Shown one piece after another: positions 39,414 to 49,526 of a DNA stretch of 64,000 nucleotides (its first letter is position 1; each line of letters starts with the position of its first letter). The notes under the pieces are model-generated. The model was not told the origin of the DNA. It did no database searches and worked only from the letters and a program-made list of their open reading frames with translations. The DNA comes from an uncultured bacterium. Lineage in GTDB: Bacteria > Patescibacteriota > Minisyncoccia > UBA6257 > 2-01-FULL-56-20. A program made the translations under genes and the position numbers. The stretch is from NCBI GenBank assembly GCA_963807165.1, contig CAWDZM010000001.1, forward strand, positions 32,214 through 96,213. The letters are read 5' to 3'.

Positions 39414-40313
39414 TTAGCGCAGTATGATCAAGCTCACGATCCCAATCGCAATGCAATACACCGCGAATGGCGTCAGCGTGTTTGTTTTAAAATAGCGCGT
39501 AAGGAACTTGACGGCGAACCATGCAGCGAACGCGGCGGCGATGGCGCCCGCGAGCGAGACCTCGATGAGCGCACTCCCACCCGAGCTGAGCAGCGGCGGG
39601 ATCTCGACGAGCGCCGCCGCGCCGATGATCGGCGTGGCGAGAAGGAACGAGTAGCGCAGGGAATCCTCGTGCGAGAGCCCCACCATCAGGCCGCCCGCGA
39701 GCGTGGAGCCGGTGCGCGAGAATCCTGGGATGAGCGCGAGTACTTGTAGAATGCCGACTTTAAACGATTGCCAAAATGAAAGCTGATGTGCGATACGCGT
39801 ATCGTTATTTCGTAAACTTTCCGTGGGCATGGCGGAGGTCGTGGCAGTGGCGTTCGTCGCGCCGCGACGCGCCGCTCGCTTGCGCAACCATTCCGCGAGC
39901 AGGAGTAACAATCCATTCAATGTTAAAAATATCGCCGCGGAAATCGGCGAGAGCAACGTGCCGGTGATCTGGTCTTTCAATAATAATCCGATGATGCCCG
40001 CGGGGATCGTGCTCACGACGAGCAACCAGCCGAGTTTTGCATCCGGATCCGCATCGCTTATCTCGCGCGCGGCGAGCGAGCGGAAGATGCCGCGCACAAT
40101 CCGCACCCAATCCTTGAAGTAGATCACAAATAACACGATCGCGGTGGCGAGGTGTGTGGCAACCAAAAATTCCAAAAATGCTTCAGAATTTTGATCGATG
40201 TTCCATCCGAGGAGTCCCGGGATGAGCACGCTGTGTCCGAGGCTCGAGACGGGGAATAGTTCTGTGATGCCTTGTGTGAGGCCGAGGACGATCGCTTGAA
40301 AAAAAGTGAGCAT
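39414..40313 (-). CDS. uppP: Undecaprenyl-diphosphate phosphatase
   Basis: QGITELFPVSSLGH, PGFSRTG, YSFLL..P. Confidence 0.92.
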   Translation of the reverse strand: MLTFFQAIVLGLTQGITELFPVSSLGHSVLIPGLLGWNIDQNSEAFLEFLVATHLATAIVLFVIYFKDWVRIVRGIFRSLAAREISDADPDAKLGWLLVVSTIPAGIIGLLLKDQITGTLLSPISAAIFLTLNGLLLLLAEWLRKRAARRGATNATATTSAMPTESLRNNDTRIAHQLSFWQSFKVGILQVLALIPGFSRTGSTLAGGLMVGLSHEDSLRYSFLLATPIIGAAALVEIPPLLSSGGSALIEVSLAGAIAAAFAAWFAVKFLTRYFKTNTLTPFAVYCIAIGIVSLIILR

Positions 40314-40316
40314 GGG

Positions 40317-41379
40317 TTAAATCTCCATATCGCCGCGCGCTTCGATCTTGTAGCGCTTTTTGCGGAGGTAGGCCATGTAGCCCGCGACGCCGATCATCGC
40401 GCCGTTATCCAGGTTATATTTGAAGTCCGGCACAAAGAATGCGCACCCGATCTTTTTTGCTTCCCGCGCGAGTCGCGCGCGCAACGCTTTATTCGCTGCC
40501 ACACCGCCGGAGAGCATCACCGACCGTGCGCCGAATTCTTGTGCGGCGCGGATCGTTTTCTTGACGAGCACATCGAGCGCGGCTTCCTGGAACGACGCGG
40601 CGACGTCGGCCTTGGCGGCATCCGCGCTTTTGCCGTTCATTACGTCCGCATGGTCGCGCATATAATAGAGCACGGATGTTTTTAAACCAGAAAAGCTAAA
40701 GTCGTAGTTTTTCTCGTGCAGCATCGGACGGGGGAATGCGATCGCGACGCGGATTGCCCGCGCGGGCGAGGCGTTCGACCTCGGGGCCGCCGGGATATTG
40801 TAGTCCGAGCAGGCGCGCAACCTTGTCGAACGCCTCGCCCGCGGCGTCATCGCGCGTTTCGCCGAGCCGTTTCCATTTTGAGAATGAATCGAGCTTGAGT
40901 AAAATAGTGTGGCCGCCGCTCACGATGAGCGCAACCGCAGGGAAAATATTTTTTGCGCTGGAGTTCTTTGTGTGCGACCGGCCCCCGGTCTTTGGTGGTG
41001 ATAAAAGAAAACTATAGAGGTGCCCTTCCAGATGATTTGCGCCGACGAGCGGCACGCGATATTCCTTTGCGAGCGACTGCGCGAACGTGATGCCCGTCCA
41101 GAGCGCTGGCTCCAATCCTGGCCCGACCGTCACCGTGATCAGATCGAACTTGAGTCGTGGATATTTCGCCTGCAGCTGCCCAAAAAGTATCGGCAGATTT
41201 TTTAAATGCTCGCGCTTGGCGAGATTGGGAACCACGCCACCGAACGGGCGGTGGATCGGGATCTGCGTGGTAACAAGGTTTTCAATAACGCGCACGCGCG
41301 GCGCACGCGCCGTGCCCGCGGCCTCAAGGAGGGCAACACCCGTCTCATCGCACGATGTTTCGATGGCAAGAATTTTCAT
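40317..41379 (-). CDS. tsaD: tRNA N6-threonylcarbamoyladenosine synthesis protein (frameshift near 40748)
   Basis: ETSCDET, NHLEGH, SGGHT, DDAAGEAFDK; FSFSGLKT, GGVAAN and DNGAMI in second frame. Confidence 0.92.
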
Positions 41380-41686
41380 GGAGTGGAATAACGATGGAAT
41401 GCTTTATCATTGTACAATCTACCACGATTAATGGATAGAAAAAAGGACCGGCGTCGCCGGTCCTTGGATAATGATTGTGAGGATGATAGCTACCCCGCTC
41501 GTTTGGAAAAGATCGAACCAATTGCCCGGAAAAAGCGCAAGATAGTTCTTTTGATGGGGACAACGATCTCCAGTTGTTCGTTCAAATCGTCGAAGAGTAT
41601 GTGATTTCGATGGTGTGCCAAAGCAATTTCTCTTTTCCACAGATGCTCTCACTGTTATAGCACGTTCACATTAAAAAAAGATAAAT

Positions 41687-41722
41687 AAAAAATGGGCAGT
41701 TCGCTGTGTGCGAACTGCCCAT
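41687..41722 (-). terminator. Terminator, near-identical to 42919-42952
   Basis: AAAAAATGGGCAGTTCGC...GCGAACTGCCCAT. Confidence 0.75.
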
Positions 41723-41738
41723 GAGAGCCTGTCAGTAC

Positions 41739-42215
41739 TTATTGTTGGTGATGATCTTTGATGATCCAGGAGACGTCGAGCTGTTGCCTGCCAGCGGTGA
41801 GCATGAAGTCACCATCAATGCTTTTGACGTTCGCCCGGCGATTCTTGCCCAGCGGATCACCGGGGAAGTGATAGACGATCCGGTCGCCTATCTTGAGGTC
41901 GGTGGTCCACTCGATCCCACCGCCAAGTTCGATCCGTTGCGTGCGCAGTGTCGATCCCAGATATTTCTCGATCCAATACTCCCGCACCGGATAGTTTTGT
42001 GATGCTGTGTTTGTCTCCGCGATGGCAGCCTCTTCTGAGGTCCACGCGTCACATCCCTTTTTCCCGGTCTGTGGATCGTCCCACACTACGCGAAAATTCT
42101 TGCCGACGGTCGTTGTGGGTGAAGGTTGATTCGAGCAGTTGCTTTGAGCAACCGCGACGGAAGAAACCATGAGCATCGTCGCGAAAGCGACTACGGAGAA
42201 GGTGACACCTTTCAT
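41739..42215 (-). CDS. Secreted hypothetical protein
   Basis: Signal peptide ending VAVA-Q; AAGGAG SD; consensus promoter TTGACA-N17-TATAAT at 42289-42261. Confidence 0.7.
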   Translation of the reverse strand: MKGVTFSVVAFATMLMVSSVAVAQSNCSNQPSPTTTVGKNFRVVWDDPQTGKKGCDAWTSEEAAIAETNTASQNYPVREYWIEKYLGSTLRTQRIELGGGIEWTTDLKIGDRIVYHFPGDPLGKNRRANVKSIDGDFMLTAGRQQLDVSWIIKDHHQQ

Positions 42216-42367
42216 ATTAAACTCCTTTACCTCCACAGGAGGCAGATTTCAGCTGTCCCTATTATATCCCATATTAATATTTATGTCAAAGTATCGCCGG
42301 CGGCACAAAAAGAAATAAAAAAGGCCACGTCTTGCGAAGTGGCCAGTGCGGTAGAACGATCAAGAGA

Positions 42368-42859
42368 TCAACCGACGGAGCAAACCGAGTTTTCCAGGTC
42401 GGGGAAAAAATGATTTACCTCTTTGGTTGGATAAGCTGCGTGAGCAGACTCGATCTGGTATCCCGCATCCTCCATATATCTTTTTATTTCCGTCGCCCGC
42501 GCGCGGCACTCTTCAAGAGAGGCTAAGCCCGTAATAAGAGGGCAGACCTCTCTGCTCTTTTTATTTCCCTGGTGGATCACTATGGAAAGATTCCAACACG
42601 GATCTTCCGCGCCGGATCTAAAAAGATCTTTGACCTCGTCATCCGCTCTTTTGCAAGCAGAACAAAGAACGGGGTCGCTGATACTTAAGGGCGCGTGGCC
42701 TTTTTTTGCCTTGTAGCCATAGCTTTCAAAGCCACTGCATTGATGCTCGACCGGTCTGATGGATCGCCGAACGGTGCGGACAAACATTGCTACGACGGCA
42801 GCGACGATACAAAGAGCTATCACCCACATTACCCACGTCGGTATTTCTGCTGATGTCAT
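42368..42859 (-). CDS. Membrane-anchored Cys/His protein, paralog A
   Basis: TM then C.GF..Y.Y.A..GHA...LC..C.RA; AAGGAGG SD. Confidence 0.7.
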   Translation of the reverse strand: MTSAEIPTWVMWVIALCIVAAVVAMFVRTVRRSIRPVEHQCSGFESYGYKAKKGHAPLSISDPVLCSACKRADDEVKDLFRSGAEDPCWNLSIVIHQGNKKSREVCPLITGLASLEECRARATEIKRYMEDAGYQIESAHAAYPTKEVNHFFPDLENSVCSVG

Positions 42860-42918
42860 ATGAAACCTCCTTCGATTCCGGAGGAATGATAATATAAAAA
42901 ATTGTAAGCGTCAACGAT

Positions 42919-42952
42919 AAAAAATGGGCAGTCGCGGTGTGCGAACTGCCCA
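42919..42952 (-). terminator. Terminator, near-identical to 41687-41722
   Basis: AAAAAATGGGCAGTCGC...GCGAACTGCCCA. Confidence 0.7.
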
Positions 42953-42976
42953 AATATTTCTCATCCACGTTCAGAT

Positions 42977-43450
42977 TTATCGATAGTGTTCTGATAAATC
43001 AGAAAAAGGAAGATATCTATCGTCCGGGCTTATAGCCGTGGCGAACCAGAGCTTGCTTCCCTGAAGATGCATACAGATTTTGATCTTCTCTGCGCGTCTG
43101 CGGCATTCATCCAAAGATTTTAGCCCTGAAATTTTAGGACCAAGATCCCTACTCATCTTTGTTCCTGTATGGCCTCCGTAAGTGAGGGTCCAGCCAGGAT
43201 TATGCCCGCCATCCGCGAATAGCGCCGTATGTCTGGCTTTCGCTCTTTGGCAGCCGATGCAAAGGCTGAGGCTCACTCCGTCTAAAGATGCATGCCCTCG
43301 GTCGGCGTGGTAGTCGTAGGTGGAAAATCCATAACACATTCCGGGATGCAGCATCCCGGTGGGGATAGTTGATTCGCGTGATTCGCGACGTTTCCAGACG
43401 AATAATCCTAGCAGGATACCAAGGACCGACAAAGCCATCATCCACATCAT
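42977..43450 (-). CDS. Membrane-anchored Cys/His protein, paralog B
   Basis: Same motifs as 42368-42859; identical AAGGAGGTTTCATATG initiation region. Confidence 0.7.
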   Translation of the reverse strand: MMWMMALSVLGILLGLFVWKRRESRESTIPTGMLHPGMCYGFSTYDYHADRGHASLDGVSLSLCIGCQRAKARHTALFADGGHNPGWTLTYGGHTGTKMSRDLGPKISGLKSLDECRRRAEKIKICMHLQGSKLWFATAISPDDRYLPFSDLSEHYR

Positions 43451-43512
43451 ATGAAACCTCCTTATCAGATTCTGCAATAAGTTGTAGTATAAAAATCAAC
43501 TATTGTCAATTG

Positions 43513-43584
43513 TAGCTCCAGCGGGAATCGAACCCGCATTTGCGCCGTGAAAGGGCGCCGTCCTAACCATTAGACGATGAAGCC
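43513..43584 (-). tRNA. tRNA-Glu(TTC)
   Basis: GGCTTCATCGTCTAATGGTTAGGAC...CTTTCAC...GGTTCGATTC. Confidence 0.92.
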
Positions 43585-43714
43585 ATACCCGCGCGACGGG
43601 CGCAGAAACTGCGCAAACCTGCCGGCTGATGATGCTATACTATAATAAAGTGCGAATTTTTGAAAGCGTAAGAATTTTGATTCTTTCCCGATAAGTGCTA
43701 CTTTTAACAACGTT

Positions 43715-45226
43715 ATGAAACGCTTCTTTGAGATGCTGCCAGGGATATTGGCGTGGCTCACCCTCATTTTTATGGTGCTTTTTTCGTGGCTCCTGCCGGT
43801 GTGGGTATCTATTTTTATTATCCTGTTCGATATCTATTGGGTGCTGAAGACGGTGTATCTCTCGTTGCACCTCCGCGCGACGTTCGTCGAAATGCGTCGC
43901 GTGATGAAGATCGATTGGCTGGCGAAGATCCGCGAAGAGATGCCGGCGGCGGCTGATGGCGCCCCCGTGACCCACCCAGCGCTCGACGAAATTTATCACC
44001 TCGTCATTTTGCCGATGTACGACGAGCCGTTCGAGGTGGTGCGCGAAAGTTTTGCGTCGCTCACGCGCGTCAATTACGATGCGAAAAAATTATTGGTGGT
44101 GCTCGCGCTGGAGAACAAGGCAGGGGATGCGGCGTGCGCGACAGGCGTAAAGCTTCAACACGAATTTGGCGCAGCGTTTGGGAAATTTTTAGTGACGCAT
44201 CATCCGGCGGGATTGCCAGATGAGATTCCGGGCAAGGGTTCAAACGAGGTCTGGGCGGGACAACAGGCGATGCGCGAGATCATAAACATCCCGCCGGAAC
44301 ATATATTGGTGTCCGTGTTCGACAGCGATACGCAGGTCTTCCCGGAATATTTCAGCCGGCTCACGTATGTTTTCCTAAAGGCAGAGAACCGCACGCATGC
44401 GATCTATCAACCGATCCCACTCTTCACGAATAACGTCTACGAAGCGCCGATGCTTGCGCGCGTCGTCGCGTTCAGCACGACGTTCTGGCAGATGATGCAG
44501 CAGTCGCGCCCGGAGCGACTGACATCGTTCTCATCACAATCCATTCCGCTCAGCACCCTGCTCGACATCGGGTGGTGGGATAAGACGATCGTGTCGGAGG
44601 ACTCGCGCATTTTCTGGCAGGGATATTTAAAATATCACAGCGACTTCCGCGTGGAGCCGCTCTTCTATCCCGTCTCGATGGACGTGAACGTTGCGCCCAC
44701 GTTCTGGGGTACGATGATTAATATTTATAAACAGCAGCGGCGCTGGGGCTGGGGCGTTGAAAATATTCCGTACATGTTGGAGGGATTCCGGCATGATCCG
44801 CAGATCCCGGAAAGCAAAAAAAGATATTGGACGTTCAACGCGATCGAAGGATTTCATTCATGGGCCACGAACTCGCTGATCATTTTTGCATTGGGTTGGT
44901 TGCCGCTCGCGCTCGGCGGTCGTCACTTCGGCCACTCCGTGCTCTCGTACAACCTGCCCCACATCACGCGATTCATCGTCTCGCTCTCGATGGTTGGTGT
45001 CGCAAGCTCCGCAATCCTCAGTATATTTCTTTTACCCAAGCCACCCGGCGGACTGAAGGCAAAAGATTATTTAATATTTGTTTTGCAGTGGGTGCTGATG
45101 CCGTTCACGCTGATCATTTTTGGCGCATTCCCCGGGCTGGAGGCACAGACGCGGCTGATGCTCGGCGGGCGGTGGCGACTTGGCTTTTGGGTGACGCCGA
45201 AGGGGCGCTATCAAAAAGTCAATTGA
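43715..45226 (+). CDS. Processive-type family 2 glycosyltransferase (membrane)
   Basis: LPMYDE, GKGSN, DSD, SED, QQRRW; multiple TMs. Confidence 0.88.
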   Translation: MKRFFEMLPGILAWLTLIFMVLFSWLLPVWVSIFIILFDIYWVLKTVYLSLHLRATFVEMRRVMKIDWLAKIREEMPAAADGAPVTHPALDEIYHLVILPMYDEPFEVVRESFASLTRVNYDAKKLLVVLALENKAGDAACATGVKLQHEFGAAFGKFLVTHHPAGLPDEIPGKGSNEVWAGQQAMREIINIPPEHILVSVFDSDTQVFPEYFSRLTYVFLKAENRTHAIYQPIPLFTNNVYEAPMLARVVAFSTTFWQMMQQSRPERLTSFSSQSIPLSTLLDIGWWDKTIVSEDSRIFWQGYLKYHSDFRVEPLFYPVSMDVNVAPTFWGTMINIYKQQRRWGWGVENIPYMLEGFRHDPQIPESKKRYWTFNAIEGFHSWATNSLIIFALGWLPLALGGRHFGHSVLSYNLPHITRFIVSLSMVGVASSAILSIFLLPKPPGGLKAKDYLIFVLQWVLMPFTLIIFGAFPGLEAQTRLMLGGRWRLGFWVTPKGRYQKVN

Positions 45227-45303
45227 TCATGTTCCACTGTTAATCTGGCAAACAGAGCTCACTCAGCAGACAGTAGAGCCCTTCTTTATGGATGTAATAT
45301 AAT

Positions 45304-45346
45304 ATCAGTATTTTAAAATCACAAATTGTGATTTTAAAATACTGAT
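45304..45346. repeat. 43-bp palindrome with ATCACAA-A-TTGTGAT core
   Basis: 21-bp perfect arms around one base; core recurs at 49154 and 63974. Confidence 0.8.
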
Positions 45347-45414
45347 CTATCGCTGTTTCTTTACGTTACGCCTTTAGTGAGCGCAGAGCGTAGTGCTCGT
45401 ATCTCGCATCTCTA

Positions 45415-47621
45415 CTATTCCTGATGCACTCGCGCCCTGAACTCCTCCACCTTCTTTCGTAGCGCCAGATTCTTTTTGAACTGCGGATCCGCGGTGACGG
45501 CTTGGATCGCCGCTTCGCGCGAGTGTTTGACGAGCTCCGGATCGCGGAGCGCTTCCATCGCGACGTCGGGGAGTCCGGTTTGCACGTTGCCGAAGAATTG
45601 TCCGGGGCCGCGGAGGGCGAGATCTTTTTCTGCGAGCTCGAAACCGTTCTTGGCTTCGAGGATCGCTTTGAGGCGCGCGTTCGCGGCGGCGGCTTGCGAG
45701 TCAGCCATCAAAAAACAATATGACTGATATTCGCCGCGCCCGACACGGCCACGGAATTGGTAGAGCTGTGCGAGGCCGAAACGGTCTGCGCCTTCGATCA
45801 TCATAATGCTCGCGTTCGGCACGTCCACGCCGACTTCGACGACGGATGTGGCGACGAGGAGGTCGAACTCGCGATCTTTGAACTTACGCATTACTTCTTC
45901 TTTTTCCTTCGGCTTCATTTGGCCGTGGAGCATCGCGATGCGAAGGTCGGGAAAAATCTTTTGCGAAAGTTTTTCATATTCTTCTTTAACAGACTTAAGC
46001 TCGAGTTTTTTGACGAATGCCATCTTGCCGCCCGGCACTTTTGTTGACTCCTCTTCCTCCGGCACGTCAATACGCGGACAGATGACAAACGCCTGGCGGC
46101 CTTCCTTTATTTGCTCACGAATAAAATTATACGTGGCGGTGCGCTTGAGTGGCGCAACAATTTCCGTCTTGATCTCCTTGCGTCCGACGGGCAGCTCGGT
46201 GATGAGTGATAGGTCGAGATCGCCGAACACGGAGAGCATCAGTGTACGCGGGATCGGCGTGGCGGACATGCTGAGGAAGTGGGGGATCGGCGCGGAGCCG
46301 TTGCCATTCACGCCGCCTTTCCGGGCGTTCGCGTTCAGTTCCGCCCGCTGGCGCACGCCGAACCGGTGTTGCTCGTCTATTATTACGAGCCCGAGCGACG
46401 CGAACGCGATCGTTTTTTGGATGAGCGCGTGCGTGCCGAAGATGATTGAGATTTCCCCGTCAGCGACTTTCTTTGAAAACTCCAGCTTGGAAATTTTCGA
46501 TTCCAATGCTTTGCCGTAAAAAACGTGCGCGCTACTGCCGGTGATGAGCCCGATGACGGACTGCTCATCACCAAGCGCAAGCGTCGCGAACAACTTCTTC
46601 ATCGTTTCGAAATGCTGCCGTGCCAGAATTTCCGTCGGTGCCATGAACGCGGTTTGCAGTTTGTTCTCCGCGGCGATGAGTGCCGCGATCGCGGCCACCA
46701 CCGTTTTCCCCGAGCCGACGTCTCCCTGTAGGAGCCGGTTCATCGGCCGCGGCTTGTCGATATCTTTGATAATTTCCCAGAGCGATTGTTTCTGCGAATG
46801 CGTGAGCTCGAAGGGCAATCGAGCGAGCATCGCTTTCACGCGTTCGATGTCGGCAGTGATCGACCGGCGCGCGCTCGGTGGCAAGCTTCATCTTTTGTTG
46901 CATGTTCAAAATTTGGAGCAAAAACAATTCCTCAAACGAGAACCGAGCGCGCGCCGCGGCGGCATCCTCGATCCGGCGGGGGAAATGCATGGAGTGGATC
47001 GCCTCATTCAATTCCGGAAAATGAAATTCCGTTAAAATTTCGGCGGGGATCCATTCTTTCATCACCGGTTTTTTGCGGAACAGCGCTTGCGTGACGAACC
47101 GGATCCCGCGCGAGGTGAGTCCGCGGGTCTCGGGATACACCGGCACGAGCCGCGCGGTGTGGTTCATCTCCTGCACGCCATTCTCGCCGTCCGCGCTCCG
47201 CAGGCGGATCACTTCGTAAACCGGATTGCTAAAATATATTTCGCCTTCTTCGTTGACCGACGCCTTCCCGGCAAAGTTCGCCGCGCGCCCGGTCTTTAAA
47301 ACATTTGCCACATATGGTTGGTTGAACCACACCGCGCGGATGGATCCCGATTCGTCCGCGATCGTCGCTTCGACGATGCTCATCGCGCGGCGCCAACTGC
47401 GCTTGGTCTGCACTTCTTCCACGATGCCCTGGATCGTGGCTTGCTGTCCGGGCTCAAGCTCGGCGATGGAATAAATTTTAGCTGAAGTCTTCGTAGCGAG
47501 TGGGGAAGTGCCACAACAGATCGCGCACGGTCTTGATGCCCATCTTTTCAAGACGGCGCAGAGCGGGGACGCGGGCTCCCACAACTTCAAAAAGTGGAGT
47601 GTCCGAGGCTATCTGAAGCAT
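45415..47621 (-). CDS. recG: ATP-dependent DNA helicase RecG (frameshifts near 47480 and 46862)
   Basis: DLLWHFP.RYED, WFNQPY, RLLQGDVGSGKT, DEQHRFGV, SATPIPRT, Q.RGRVGRG across three frames. Confidence 0.92.
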
Positions 47622-47674
47622 TTGATTGTGCATAGTATACCATATCCAATCCAAGAGTGCAGTTTTTATAGCAC

Positions 47675-47703
47675 TTGACAAATTTAAAGCATAGATGTAC
47701 TAT
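47675..47703 (+). promoter_or_regulatory. Sigma70-type promoter
   Basis: TTGACA-N17-TACTAT with TG immediately before the -10. Confidence 0.6.
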
Positions 47704-48077
47704 GGATAACAGTAATAAATTCCCAAGGAGAATGCCTCTGAAGAATCCCTTTGAAGTGATATTCTTTAGCCTCTTGACTTGACCTGCCGGCGGCGACCGC
47801 ACGGATGCGGACGCCCAGTGCCGAGCGATGCTCGGCGAGAAAAGATAGCGGCACGCCTGCCGCGATTCACCAGCCCGGACCACTCCCAGGAGGAATCCAT
47901 GCATTGTGATTACGGCTAACAGCGGTACCACAATTCAAAATCAGTCACCTTTTGCGGCGCACTAAACGGCGCGCGACTCTCCCGAGTCCGCGCCGTTCCT
48001 ATTTCTATAATTAAAAAAATCGACGCGCCTCGTATGGGTGGTGCGCCGATGGGGTGGTGATAAATGTTAGAGCTGGA

Positions 48078-48368
48078 TCAAGCACGATGGAGCATTCTGC
48101 TCCGGATCGATTTCATCTCGTTGAAGCATGCCTGTGATATCTCGAAGAGATCAGAGGAATTGATTTTTCCCAACAAGAGAAAGTTGGTGAGGGTATCGGC
48201 TGCGTTGAGGAGCTCGCTGTCGGATGAGGTGGCGATCTTTTGGTGAAGTCGCGTCCTCCCATCCTCCGCGCTGATTTCGAAACATGGTTCTCCGAGGTAA
48301 CTCATCAGTAGATGTGGATGCGCGTCGGGGATGATTTCTCGAATTTGTGTTTCAACCATCTGGGGCAT
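48078..48368 (-). CDS. Hypothetical protein
   Basis: 96 aa, AAGGAG SD, own terminator. Confidence 0.55.
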   Translation of the reverse strand: MPQMVETQIREIIPDAHPHLLMSYLGEPCFEISAEDGRTRLHQKIATSSDSELLNAADTLTNFLLLGKINSSDLFEISQACFNEMKSIRSRMLHRA

Positions 48369-48491
48369 GAAAAATCTCCTTTTACTACTCTAAAAGATAA
48401 AACAAAGTTGGATCTATGGCAAGTGTTGAAAATAAAAAAACAGCGCACCCGTGTGGAAATGCGCTGATGGGAATAGATGCTGGGGAGAGGC

Positions 48492-48866
48492 TCATCGTGC
48501 AATGGGGATTTTTGCGAGATACCCTTCGATCATTTTGGGATAAACATCCTGCGCGAGTATCTCCACTACCGCAGCGATGATAGCGAGCCGCTCTTCTTTG
48601 AAAAGTTTTCTAAAGCGATACTCCGTGAGCTTCATAAACCGCATCACGCCCGCGGCCTCTGGAATTTCGCCGCGGTCGGCGAGTGAGCGTAGGATGGTTA
48701 GATTTCCGTCGTTCAATAGTTGGACGTTGAGGTGGTCGAGAAGAACCGCCTTGAACCTCGACGGCTCATTTTCCGATTGATCAGCAGCAACGTCAATTTC
48801 GGTGGCGATGATACTGATGATCTTATCGAGATTGTGCTTCTGGGTAATAACTGCCGGATGTTCCAT
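48492..48866 (-). CDS. Hypothetical protein
   Basis: AGGAGG SD before MEHPAV; own terminator. Confidence 0.55.
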   Translation of the reverse strand: MEHPAVITQKHNLDKIISIIATEIDVAADQSENEPSRFKAVLLDHLNVQLLNDGNLTILRSLADRGEIPEAAGVMRFMKLTEYRFRKLFKEERLAIIAAVVEILAQDVYPKMIEGYLAKIPIAR

Positions 48867-48951
48867 AAAAGAACCTCCTAAAGATGGGAATGCTACCACT
48901 AAGAAGTTATCAGACCGATACTCTGTTTGCAAGCGATGCGTTTTTATCTTG

Positions 48952-49024
48952 TGCCCCCACGAGGATTCGAACCTCGGACCATCTCCTTAAGAGGGAGTTG
49001 CTCTACCAACTGAGCTATAGGGGC
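48952..49024 (-). tRNA. tRNA-Lys(CTT)
   Basis: GCCCCTATAGCTCAGTTGGTAGAGC...CTCTTAA...GGTTCGAATC. Confidence 0.92.
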
Positions 49025-49153
49025 AATATCAAAGTTATTCTATTAAGGATATGCAAAAAATGCAATCGGGAAGCTAGCTTGTTTTGATATTGCCGGCACG
49101 ATGGGTTTTCATGTCGCTTGCGCTGTTTCTCTAATACCATAGGGTTTCGCTAT

Positions 49154-49184
49154 ATTCTGAAATCACAAATTGTGATTTCAGAAT
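49154..49184. repeat. 31-bp palindrome with ATCACAA-A-TTGTGAT core
   Basis: ATTCTGAAATCACAAATTGTGATTTCAGAAT. Confidence 0.8.
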
Positions 49185-49268
49185 GCTGGATTTGGCTGAT
49201 TAAATTGAAATTCACCTCAACTGTTTCTAACCTCATAGGGCTGGGCGGAAGTTGCAATTTGCGCGACG

Positions 49269-49415
49269 TCAATGTTGTCGACGTCTCTTGCGAGCAGCAA
49301 GTTCTCGTGTTGCACCATACATTCGTGCCGCAAAACCACCGCCGATTTGAAAGGGGATATTGTGGTCTTGTAGGATATTTATAATCCAGCAGAATGCCGC
49401 TTCAGTATCTTTCAT
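49269..49415 (-). pseudogene. Truncated nucleotidyltransferase-like gene fragment
   Basis: IL...NIPFQIGGGFAARMYGATRELA then loss of frame before the expected D.D motif. Confidence 0.5.
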
Positions 49416-49418
49416 GGG

Positions 49419-49490
49419 TGCCCCCGCCAGGAGTTGAACCCAGACTTCATGGTTCGAAGCCATGCGTGATATCCGTTTCACTACGAGGGC
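49419..49490 (-). tRNA. tRNA-Arg(TCG)
   Basis: GCCCTCG acceptor, CATGG-CTTCGAA-CCATG anticodon arm. Confidence 0.92.
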
Positions 49491-49526
49491 AAATGTTCTC
49501 TACGCTCTAATGCTACAATTATCTGT

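Noticed and set aside
41428-41652. 74-aa minus-strand ORF upstream of tsaD
   Set aside because: Weak start and no recognisable motif; a shorter TM peptide is possible but unsupported
47710-47997. RNase P RNA or tmRNA
   Set aside because: Lacks the GAGGAAAGUCC signature and tRNA-like ends
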